From a virus, in the IMG/VR virus record IMGVR_UViG_3300018080_000009, positions 40,015-104,014 of that record: a stretch of 64,000 nucleotides of DNA; one strand, written 5' to 3'. Under the pieces are notes generated by a model. That model was given only the letters and a program-made list of their open reading frames with translations, did no database searches and had not been told where the DNA came from. The position numbers and the translations under genes are program-made. Positions 48,323 through 58,504 of the stretch are shown in pieces; position 1 is the stretch's first letter; every line of letters starts with the position of its first letter.

Positions 48323-48867
48323 AGAGAAGTTATGTGCAGTTCTGTAAGGGAACGGTGCTGAATCATCAAGTATGATTCCGTAATGGTAATGAAAGGAAGA
48401 GCATATCAACGTCTTGTATCGGAAGGGTACTGTTCAGCTTAGTTATGAAGTGTATAGGTACTGATGAGTCTTGTGTGATTTTGTAGGGGAAGAGTACAGA
48501 TGCGTATTTATGAGAGGGGTAACGTCCAGGTGTAGTTGAGCAGTTTGGAGTTATGGAGTGGCGCGGTAAAGTTGCGTTCTGGTATGGTCCTGTGAAGTCA
48601 TGTAAAGGATACGTATTGAACTGTTATATAGGGTCCAGATATGGTCTGGTATGGTGACGAGAATATCCGTAGAGGATGTGAGGCGTTTGGTAAAGTTATG
48701 TCACGTCAAGGAACTGAAAAGTCATGTTTGATTTAGTAGTGGCGTGGTCGGGTCTGGTGCTGGCATGTACGATGGGGTCTAGTGGAGGCGCTGTGTTATT
48801 CGGTAGTGAAGTGTCCCGTTGGGCACAGGAAGAGTGCTGCGTTGAAGTGTGAGAAAGGGACTTGTGG
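48323..48867 (+). repeat. non-coding 5-nt-periodic array (NGW-NN pentamers, DGG-NNN hexamers); putative guide-RNA array
   Basis: Manual parse tiles the interval with 91 pentamers (79 with G at position 2) and 15 DGG-initiated hexamers; no ORF of 60 aa or more spans it. Confidence 0.85.
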
Positions 48868-48969
48868 TTCAATACAGACGTTCCGTGGGAGGAACAAGGC
48901 TTCTGTCTTGTCTCAATTAAAGAAGTCTAGCAAACAAAAGGAGGTAGCAGGGGATAAATAGGTGTGTCC

Positions 48970-49019
48970 GGCATCTGTCTGTGGAGAGTCAGTAGGTTCG
49001 AATCCTACCAGATGCCCCA
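48970..49019 (+). ncRNA. minimal tRNA-His-like RNA (acceptor + T arm, G-1:C73, CCA)
   Basis: G-GCATCTG...GTAGG-TTCGAAT-CCTAC-CAGATGC-C-CCA; 14-nt linker TCTGTGGAGAGTCA contains GTG. Confidence 0.75.
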
Positions 49020-49037
49020 GTCAAAAAGGAGAAGACA

Positions 49038-49775
49038 ATGAAATACAGTCCAAGGGATAGGTGTACAGAAGAAGAATTGGCAATAACCAGTATTGATAAT
49101 GATACTGTCTTTACTGATGCAGTAGTATCGAAAGTGCTTCCTAATGATGTGAAATTTGTAGATGGCTTTCATTTGTTTGTTGAAGATGCTGAAAAGTATG
49201 TTCAGCCAGATGATACGCTTCGATTATATGGCCAAGGTATTGGTCATGTTGTAAGAGGAGTGGCGGTAGTCAAAGAAAATGGGAAGATAGAAGTATTGAG
49301 ATATAAAACTCCTCTAGAGTCTGCCACAGAAGACTGTAAACGGTTTGAGGAAAACGATAGAAAGCGTGAAGAACAAGCTGAGAAGATACGTAAACAAGTT
49401 GATGTTGATCAGCCTCCCAAGTTTAAGTGTAAGGATCTAGATGCTTGGAAGACCTGGGTGAAGAATAATCTTGAGCCCTATGGTCGTGCAGTAATTGTGT
49501 ATGCTGAAAGATGGGCTGTACTGATGGAAAAGAAGATGGCTGAGGGTGCGACTCTAAAAGACATTGCCAAAGATACAAGTCACGAAGCAGACACAGATGG
49601 GATCACTGGATTCATGTATGGTGCAGCCATAGCTACACTTGTTGGAACGTGGGAACATGGAGAAGAGCTGAGAAAATGGCATAATCTAGATATGCAGATG
49701 GGAGACGAGGGTGAGAAAGCCAATGAAGAAGGTGGAGTATTGAATCCTGCTTGTTTGAGTATCAGCAGTTACTAA
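49038..49775 (+). CDS. conserved phage hypothetical protein
   Basis: GITGFMYGAA...WEHGEELRKWHN motif, AAGGAG RBS. Confidence 0.75.
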   Translation: MKYSPRDRCTEEELAITSIDNDTVFTDAVVSKVLPNDVKFVDGFHLFVEDAEKYVQPDDTLRLYGQGIGHVVRGVAVVKENGKIEVLRYKTPLESATEDCKRFEENDRKREEQAEKIRKQVDVDQPPKFKCKDLDAWKTWVKNNLEPYGRAVIVYAERWAVLMEKKMAEGATLKDIAKDTSHEADTDGITGFMYGAAIATLVGTWEHGEELRKWHNLDMQMGDEGEKANEEGGVLNPACLSISSY

Positions 49776-49784
49776 GAGGTAGTC

Positions 49785-52196
49785 ATGACCAGTGGTGAAA
49801 AGATGGTATGGGCAGCAGCTTTTTTAAAGTCTTTTGATCTGAGATTGAATGAGAATCATTTTCGTGATCCGTCAAAGAAAGCAGCATTGGCTACAGTAGA
49901 TGCAATGCATACTGTGAAGAGCCTTAGAGAAGCTGAGGACTATATAATTAAAAGTTGGGGAATAGACAGTGAAGTCTATTCCATGTACTGCCAAATGTTC
50001 GATAAATAAGGAGAGTAAAATGCAAGATCTTAGAGGAAAAGGAATAACAAAAATAGCTCTGCCCAGTGAGGTAGAAGAACTTAGTAGACAGGGGTATGAG
50101 TTGATAGGCATGTACCAGAATCTGGAGGGTACTGCTATCAGATGTGAAGTTCCAAATGAAACCAGGCCATATGAGACGTATTTTGTTGATAAGCCTGGAG
50201 TTAGTGCTGTCTCATATTTCATCATGAGATTGGATGAGGATTCTGCTATCAAGAAATTAAATGATCAATTGGAATCTAGTGAGAAAGAATTAAGGCAGTA
50301 CAAGAAAAACTTTGAAGATGCGCATGAGAGTCTTATTCGTATGAGTAAACATACTGAACAGCAAGAGCTTGTTATTCAGTCATTGAATGAGGAGAGAAAC
50401 AAACTGAAGAAGGATATCACGTCGATTCAGGAGGGTACTTTTAAAGTAGAAGAAGATTTGGGAAAGGTTCGAGAAGCCCTGGGAACTGAGAAGATGAATC
50501 AGATACTTGCTGGTAAGTAGATATGGATTTCAAGAAATTCATAGATGCGTTTAATGAAAACTTTGGAGACAATGTGTTTCCAAAAGGATTCATTGAAGCT
50601 AGGTTCAGAGGAAGTGATGTCTATATCCGTATTGGTGATAGAGATCTTACTCTGTCTCCAGATGGAGAGTTTTTGGAAGCAAGTAGAGTCGAATTTGGTG
50701 TGAGTGATTGGATAATCAGAGAAAATCATGCTGGGTGTTAGGAGCAGTCATGGAAGACAAGAAAAAAGAAATAGTGAGTAAAATGAGAGAATCCTTAGCC
50801 ATAGCTGGATATGATACCTCTGTAATGACTGATGAAGAGGTATTTCAATGGGGATTGGGATTTTTCGATAAGTTGGCCAAGATTGGTGAAGGACTTGTAG
50901 AGGCATTGTCTAAGATATTCGAAGCTGTAGCAGAATGTGGATGTTCACTGAGTGAATTTGGTGAAGGGTGAGATTGAGTGGGTAGATAAAGAGTTGGAAT
51001 TGTATGTAGTTCATTTTACTGAATCTGAAGACAATGTTTTGTACAGAATATCTGATGATTCCAGAGGATATTCAGTAGACTTGTGGAAAAAGGTTCTAGT
51101 AGATATGAAATCCAGGTATGAACCGCCAGAGATAGATGAATTTCCTACAGGGACTAAGTACATAGTAAAGAGCTTTACAGAAGAACAAAATAACGATTCT
51201 GATCAGGTGTAGTTTGTACTTAGCGATGTGGAGTATCAAAGGAGTAGATATGAAAGAAGATGTTGATTACAGTAAAATGAAGGACGAAGAATTTCAGGAA
51301 ATCCTTGAAGAGATTGTCAATGAGGAGGGGGCCAATATTCTTTCGATTGGCGATGTGTACTCTGAGTTAAGTGAGCATTTTAATAATGATGTATTGGATA
51401 GATGGGCAGAGAGGAATCCAGATAAAGCCTATCCAGATGCTTCTAAGGACTAGATTATGTGCAAAGATAATTCGATACCGTTGTCTGAGTTTATCAGCAA
51501 GCAAGTAGCTGGGATGGAGAAGGTAATAGAAAATTACGAACATATCTTGGGAGAAGTTTTAGCTACGCTGAAAGTCAATATGGAGAGGGGTTCTCTAAAG
51601 GTAGTTGGAGAAGGTACTGAAGAGATCTTCATTCAGTTGATAGCTAATTGGGAGAAGCAGTATAAGCTCTTGAAAGGTAAGTAATCATGACTGTTTGGTA
51701 TCAGTTGGTTTTGCTTGAGTTTAAGACTCAATTTTTTCCGAAGATGCTTCTGAACGAAATGATGGAGAAGTATGGTAAGGAGAAAGAAGCTTATAAGATA
51801 GAAAAGCTCAAAGAAGTTCCTGAAATATTCCTTGATTATGGTGGAATGTGTCAGGAGGGTATGGTTGACATGGAATTTGAGCTTCCGGGATGTATCTTGA
51901 AGATACCGGCCAGAGATGTAGAATTGTTTTTCAGGCAATTGAATAGTGTAGAGCCCAGGAATGATTTTTCAGTACTTTATTATAAGTACATAAGTCATTG
52001 GACGTGCATTATTTTGCTCCCAAGTCAGAGAGATATTCTATTGCCGTTGGTAGCTGATAAACTTCAAGAAGCTTGTGAAATAGCGGAGAAAGAGTGGGCA
52101 GATCTACGCAAAGCTACGGAGGATATTAATAAGAAGGCGGGAAGGATTGCAGTAATTCCTCCGTCTAGAGCTTTGAGGGAAGAAGACATTAATTAG
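49785..52196 (+). CDS. run of about eight short hypothetical ORFs
   Basis: Contiguous RBS-led ORFs, no recognisable motifs. Confidence 0.6.
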
Positions 52197-52207
52197 AGGA
52201 GAACACG

Positions 52208-52810
52208 ATGGATAGGGATGATGCAGTGACTCTGAATAGAGAACATTTGAAGAGAATGGGTGAAGTAGACTCCAAATTGACTGAGGAGGAGCAGAAGCAT
52301 CTTGATGATCTCGATGATGATCAGTCTGAGTTTTTAGCCTATACAATGTATAATTTGGGCCAGATAGGATTGGTGGGAGGAAATATTCTAGATATTGGTG
52401 CTGGGAATGCTTTTAGAAGAGATCTCCTGCTAGAGGTATTCAAAGGGACCTATACTGGTATTGAGATGATACCCGAGGTAGCCTTTGCAGGACGACGTAA
52501 GGGGATTGTTCATGGGTTCATAGAGGACTTGTCAGAGAGCCGTCTGGGGCCGTTTGAGTGGGGGTTTGCATATCACGTTATGGAGCACGTCAGGAACCCG
52601 AGGAGAGCCTTGGAAGCAGTCCATGCTGTTTTGGTGCCCGGTGGAACATATGGCCAAGCCACACCTGCTGAGATACCAGATGATGAGCCTGCCCATATAA
52701 CGGAATTGCACTCGTATGAATGGGCTGCTTTGTTAGAGGAATGTGGATTTGAGGTTTTGTTTTCAGGTATTCATCTGAAATCGAGCATTGTTGTAGGGAG
52801 GGCTAAGTAG
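52208..52810 (+). CDS. class I SAM-dependent methyltransferase
   Basis: ILDIGAG, GIE, HVMEHVRNP, LVPGG. Confidence 0.88.
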   Translation: MDRDDAVTLNREHLKRMGEVDSKLTEEEQKHLDDLDDDQSEFLAYTMYNLGQIGLVGGNILDIGAGNAFRRDLLLEVFKGTYTGIEMIPEVAFAGRRKGIVHGFIEDLSESRLGPFEWGFAYHVMEHVRNPRRALEAVHAVLVPGGTYGQATPAEIPDDEPAHITELHSYEWAALLEECGFEVLFSGIHLKSSIVVGRAK

Positions 52811-52812
52811 AG

Positions 52813-53289
52813 ATGAGGTTCATAGCCAATACTGTTGGAATTATTTGTACTTGTGAAGACAATCAGGTTGAAGAGGCTTTGGAGAAGATTGGTAAAAAGA
52901 ACAATGAATTTTGGGATAAGTATGAAGAAAAGTATGGTCCAGGCAATAAGCCTTATGGAGCATTGCATTTTAGAGTAATTCCGACGTTGGAAGAGTATTT
53001 AGATCAATATGAAGACTTTGGTTTATTTGATAAGGAGTAGAAAATGGCAGGGTCATTGAGTCATATTGTGGGTAGTGATGGCAAGTTCACGATGGATCTT
53101 CTCGATCATATGGGAGATGCCAGGGAAGCTTTGGAAGAGTGTTTTGAAATAATCTACGGCTTGGCCAAAGGAAATAGCAAGAAGATCTCCAAAATATGTA
53201 AGAAATTAGGTTATCCAGATCCATGGAGAGATAGGTATGGAGATGATCCTACGGAGCCAATGAAGAGTTCTAGAAAGATCAAGTGGTAG
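52813..53289 (+). CDS. two hypothetical ORFs (52813-53040, 53044-53289)
   Basis: RBS-led ORFs. Confidence 0.6.
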
Positions 53290-53342
53290 ATTTGGAGGGA
53301 TCTGATGGAGTGTAATAGGGGATCAAGAAAGGGGCAAAGGCA

Positions 53343-54308
53343 ATGAAGATCGAGAATGTTTTGCATCTTCCTAGTGGAAGGATCTTTTTGTTGCGTACAG
53401 ATGATGGCTATCTAATTGAATCAACTGAGATGAGAGATGTTTCAGTAGGTGGAAAAGAACATCAAGAAGTACGTCAATCCAATGATCCTCATGTTATTTG
53501 GAAGCACCTTGTTCCATTTAGTGAAAAGTGGCTCCTGACTGTAAGTACACAGAAGGGATGTACCCATAAGTGTAGGTTTTGTGATGTTGCTGCATTGCCT
53601 TTTAAAGGAAACATTTCTCAGTATGAGATTGAGAAGCAGGTGACAGAGATTCTGAAAAGTACTCCGTATGTGAAGAAATGCCAAAAGGTCAAAATAGGGT
53701 TTGCCAGAATGGGAGAGCCTGCATGGAATCTTAATGCAGTATTGTCAACGATACGTAGGTTGCCAGACATAGCTGAAAGTCTTTCCAGAGAATTTAGATG
53801 GCTTCCGTGTTTCAATACGATTTTGCCGAAAAAAGCACCATGTTTAAATCAGGTGATAGAACTTAAAGAAAAAGACTACAAAGGATTTCTGCATTTGCAG
53901 ATAAGCTGTAATTCTACTGATGAAGAGATGAGGTTAGAGCTGTTCGGGGGAGCATCTGTTCTTAGTTTAGAAGATGTTATTAATGAGGTATCGAAACACA
54001 AGATTACCAATAGAACAGTAACACTCAATTTTATTGTCATGAAGGGGGTAGAAGTCAGTATTGACAAGTTGAAGAAAATGGGTCTGAACAAAGATAAGTT
54101 TATGGTCAAGCTGATTCCCCTTAACGATACTCTAAATGCACGTGAGCATGATTTGGAAACAGTTGCTAACTACAGTAATTATGAGGATCTGCTCGAGCTC
54201 AAAAATGAATTCGAAAAAGCAGATGTCCCGGTAGTTGTAGATGTAATTGCTAAGTGTGAGGAGGCTGGTTTATGTTGCGGACAGCTAGCCCAAATATTTC
54301 AGTCATAA
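53343..54308 (+). CDS. RlmN/Cfr-like radical SAM methyltransferase
   Basis: STQKGCTHKCRFC, RMGEP, LIPLN, C-terminal CCGQL. Confidence 0.82.
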   Translation: MKIENVLHLPSGRIFLLRTDDGYLIESTEMRDVSVGGKEHQEVRQSNDPHVIWKHLVPFSEKWLLTVSTQKGCTHKCRFCDVAALPFKGNISQYEIEKQVTEILKSTPYVKKCQKVKIGFARMGEPAWNLNAVLSTIRRLPDIAESLSREFRWLPCFNTILPKKAPCLNQVIELKEKDYKGFLHLQISCNSTDEEMRLELFGGASVLSLEDVINEVSKHKITNRTVTLNFIVMKGVEVSIDKLKKMGLNKDKFMVKLIPLNDTLNAREHDLETVANYSNYEDLLELKNEFEKADVPVVVDVIAKCEEAGLCCGQLAQIFQS

Positions 54309-54934
54309 CTAATTTTGGATGTGGAGCAGGGTGTTGGTATTGTATTTGGAAAGGACATCCGTTAGAGAACGTTCGATTAGAGACTGACTGGGATAAGTTA
54401 GATTCTTTCTTATATGAATACAAGGACAGGGAGAAGGTTTCTGTTTCTGGTGGTGGTGATTGTCTGTATAAGTACGATCAGTATGTTGGATGGTGGATAA
54501 AGTTCTTTGAACTGACAGAGCATCATGGGTTATTGGTAGATGTCCATACGAGGGAGCAATTTACGCATCAGTCTTTTTGGAGAAAGCATATCAATAGATG
54601 TGTTTTCAGTTCAGATAGGTTGTCAGAAGATATTAAGTTTCTGAGATATGTCTCAAAATTGTGTAAGGTCAGAATAACTCATTTGGTAACAGCCGATACT
54701 ACGATGGAAATGATTGAGGAATATCTTGAGTTTCAGGGAGAAATTAGCTGTCAGTTTACAATAAAAGAACTGATAGGATTCAGTGATAATGGGATGTACG
54801 GACGTATTCGAGAGAAGTATCCAGAGATATTCAGTTTAGATGCTGGGGATTACAATGTGTATTACATGCCAGATAATACAATAAAAGAGCAGTTTTATTT
54901 GAGCATTAATTTGTCTCTATTGAAGGTGGAGTGA
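54272..54934 (+). CDS. radical SAM-like protein
   Basis: CGAGCWYC, SGGGD, HT; start uncertain. Confidence 0.72.
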   Translation: MLRTASPNISVITNFGCGAGCWYCIWKGHPLENVRLETDWDKLDSFLYEYKDREKVSVSGGGDCLYKYDQYVGWWIKFFELTEHHGLLVDVHTREQFTHQSFWRKHINRCVFSSDRLSEDIKFLRYVSKLCKVRITHLVTADTTMEMIEEYLEFQGEISCQFTIKELIGFSDNGMYGRIREKYPEIFSLDAGDYNVYYMPDNTIKEQFYLSINLSLLKVE

Positions 54935-57900
54935 TGAGACCATGTGATTGTAAAGAACGTTATACCGCCATGACTCAATTAAACGAGCAAGGCATCCGAT
55001 TAGCTGATGCGGGTATTGGTCTAAGTGTAGAACCGGCAGTTGTCATTTTGGAAGTTGGCTCATGTACATTGAAAATACCCATGAGGCATTTTAAACGATT
55101 AGCCGAGTGGTACTTAGAAGACCAGGAGAAACCATTGAAAAAGTTAGTGCCGCCAAAGATTTTTGAATGTGAAGAATGTGGCACACAATACGAAACAGAT
55201 CAAGAGCAGTGTTTGATTTGTGGATGCGAATATATCATTGAAATAAATGAGGAAACCGATGATTGAAAAAATACCCAAGTGGAGACGTCGGATACAGTCT
55301 GAATATAGTGTTGTAGATAGAGAAGGTGAAATTGTTACCGCCAGAGAATTGATAGAAACCCGTGAATCACTCCAAACCGAGCTGGCAAAGTACAAGAGGG
55401 AAAACAAGCGGTTGAGAAAAGATCTGGAAGAGTGGAAAAAACCCTCAGTAGTGGTACGGGAGGAGAATGGGAAGAAGATGTTGGAGAAACACGAAAATGA
55501 TTTCTAAGCCTGAAAGATGTTGTCCGGTTGGTTCTACTGAACATCAGGTGCCTATGGCTGTTAGCGGTAAGAGAGTAGATGTTGATTTTTGTATTGCTGA
55601 CATAGTAGCAGCTCTCAATGCGGCTGGTATTTACACAGCTATGAGCTGTTGTGGTCATGGAGAGAAACAAGGATGGGTGACGTTGCGAGATGGGCGATTG
55701 TTGAACGTTAATTATCCACAGAAGACACATGATCAATATACGGTTTGCAAGACTATCAGTAGTGAAGAACTTGCTCGACAAGGGTATTGGAAATGTAACT
55801 CTTGTGGAGTTATTAGAGATCGCGAAGAAGAATTGTGGTGTTGGCGATGTGGTAGAGGACAAATGATTTATCATAAGATATTGGAGAAAACCAATGAGTG
55901 ACACCACCGAAAGTAAACTCTTTTTGTTCTATTGGAAAATTAGGTGGGCGTTGCGTAGATTACGACGTAGATTGAAGCCATCGATACTGTTTCGCGATTT
56001 GTTTTGGGAATATGAATCGTGTGTGGATTGTGGAAGCTGTTATAGAGAGATGTATTGGTTGAAGAACGATGTTTGGATGCATATCGTAAAGTCCGAAACT
56101 CCATGTTTATGTGTTTGTTGTCTTCATAATAGAGCCAGAAATGGCGGAATAGTTTTATCGGTCAGTGATTTTGAACGGTACGAAATATTTCTTCCAGAAG
56201 AACTAGAGGAGAAACCGATGAGTGAGAAGGAGAAATTATTATCAGGTGATTTATTGACTGTCATCATTAGGGATGATGGGCCAATGATTTTTGTCGGTGG
56301 TAGTCCGTCTTATCGGCGTGTGACGCTAAGATTAACCAGGGAACAACAAAAAAAACTAAGGTTGTACTACGTTGGCCATAGTGGCGGAAATGAATACTAC
56401 GAAACCGTCGATAGGTGTTTTATCGAGAAATTGGAAGACACTTTTTGTGAGTGTCATAAAGAGGCAACCGATGAGTGAGAGAATACCGTGCAACGTCTGC
56501 CTGGGTCGGCCATTACCGAACAAGAAAAAATGCATCTGTGGTGGTATAGGCACAGAGAGCGCAGAACTAACGGGTATACGTGAGGAATGGGCAACGTGTG
56601 TGATAAAAAATAGTCAACTAGAAGCTGAGCTTGCAGAGTGCAAGACTCAATTGGCCGAGTTTGAACAACACGAAAAACAGACCCATGAAGCAATGGAAAG
56701 TATAGTGGGTAACAGTGATAATTTTATCAAGTTAACTAAGCAATTGAAGGCAGAAAACGAGCGGTTGAAAAACGACAAGTCTCCAGACTCGCCAAGAGAG
56801 GAGGAATGATGAGCAATGAAACATATGATGAAATTCGAAACGAACGAAAAAAACAGGATAAAAAATGGGGTGGTATTGACCATGATGATAAACACTCTAG
56901 TCACGATTGGGTTGCCTATATTGTCAGGCATACAGGCATGGCGGTTCATTGGCCCTGGGATACTAATATTTTTAGGCAACAAATGATCCGAGTTGCCGCT
57001 CTTGCTGTAGCGGCAATCGAATGGACAGACCGGAAAAACAAAGGAGAAAACCGATGAGTAAAAAATATCATCAATGGACAGACGACGATGACAAAAAACT
57101 CAAAATAGCGATTGAAGAGTGTGAGGTTTTATTTGAGCACTACAAAAACCAAAACAAATCATACAATGACGGTAATGTTTGGGACGCTATTGCAGGGCGA
57201 TTGGTGCCAGACCTATGTGTGACGGGGGCTGCGTGTCGCCGCCGATGGGAGGTGCTCAACCAGCGCAAAAATGACGCATGGGAAAAAACATCCGAAATGG
57301 TGCGGACATACGAACGCGATCTGGCAGAGACAACGTTTGATGGTGTGTCGGAAATACTTGGAAACGTTGACGCGCTCTTTGATAAATTTGTCAACCTGGA
57401 AACGAAAATAGATAAGCTCCTAGGTATTTGGGAGGCGTAAAACGATTGCCATGTAAAGAGGAGAAAACCAATGAGTAATGAACAGCTTTTTAATCCAAGA
57501 TTTACAGCGTATTCGGCTGCATCAAATCGAAGCGAGTTAGCCCAAATAGAATTTGATAGTGTTAGGTGGCCAGGCGGAAAGATGGCGGGCTTTATGCTGT
57601 GGGTAAGTAGTATGTGGCACAAGTGGTCAAGGGAAACAGGTGAGAAGCCAGAATGGGGTTCTAGCTGGAGCGACCGTCAGCATAAGCTGTTTGATCGATG
57701 GTTACTAGATCAAACAAGCTGAGGAGAAAACCGATGAGTGAGATTAGGCCGAAATATGTGGACGGTGAGCCAGTGTGTAGTGGTAAGAATTGCCCTGCTT
57801 GGATTGAGTACCCAGAATTATGCGATGATGCCGAACGAGGTGGCCCCTGTGTCCCCGCCCTCCGTCGAGACCGTGACAAATACTGCCTAGCTTTAGAGTC

Positions 57901-58502
57901 GTTAACTCCAGGGGGTTCGGAGTTTGTAAACGATGAAAAAGCATGTGTTGAGTTTGTACGCAATGAACGTTCTCGAAAGATGGAAGCGATTATGAATTTC
58001 AGCAGCAACGTGACAAGTTTGAAGCCGAGCTGGCAGAGTGCAAGCAGGAGCGTGATGAGGCTAGGCGGGGACTGTGTAATTTTGAAGCAGCTCTACTGAA
58101 TTTAAAACGAAGATTTCCAGGACCAAGGGTGATGCCCAAAAATGTTGCCGAAAAACTCAAATGGGATTGTTTTGATGAGAAAAACCGATGAGTGAAAGAG
58201 AATCATTTACTAACCAGCGGCCTTTTACTGTCACGGACAGAGATGTAGTTGCTTCTTGGTGTGGTGTTCCAAATGGCAAAAATTTCCGATGTGCGTGGTG
58301 TGGCTATAAATTTCGGATAGGTGATACTGCTAGGTGGGTTTTTACAAACAATCAGGGTGCTGTTTCTGGTATACACGGGAATCCCTTTATCTGTGCGAGT
58401 TGTGATAACGGTGAGGATATATTGGGGCAGTTAGAAAAAATGGCAATAGAGGCTAAGACTAAATATTGGTGGTTTTGTAGGCATAAGGGAAAAGACCGAT
58501 GA
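54931..58502 (+). CDS. array of short Cys-rich/coiled-coil ORFs incl. MazG-like (56806-57057) and Myb/SANT-like (57054-57440)
   Basis: Most start at a shared GAGGAGAAAACCGATGAGT motif; QDKKWG..VAALAVAAIE; WTDDDD...AACRRRW. Confidence 0.65.
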
Positions 58503-58504
58503 AA
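55249..58504 (+). repeat. dispersed ~19-bp junction repeat GAGGAGAAAACC(G/A)ATGAGT, about 9 copies
   Basis: Near 55249, 55882, 56206, 56461, 57043, 57458, 57721, 58177, 58488. Confidence 0.8.

Noticed and set aside
48323-48867. Canonical CRISPR array next to the Cas7-like gene
   Set aside because: No identical 23-47-nt direct repeats; only pentamer-level periodicity
48323-48867. Low-complexity protein gene or microsatellite
   Set aside because: Period 5 does not fit codons, no long ORF spans it, and the units are not copies of each other
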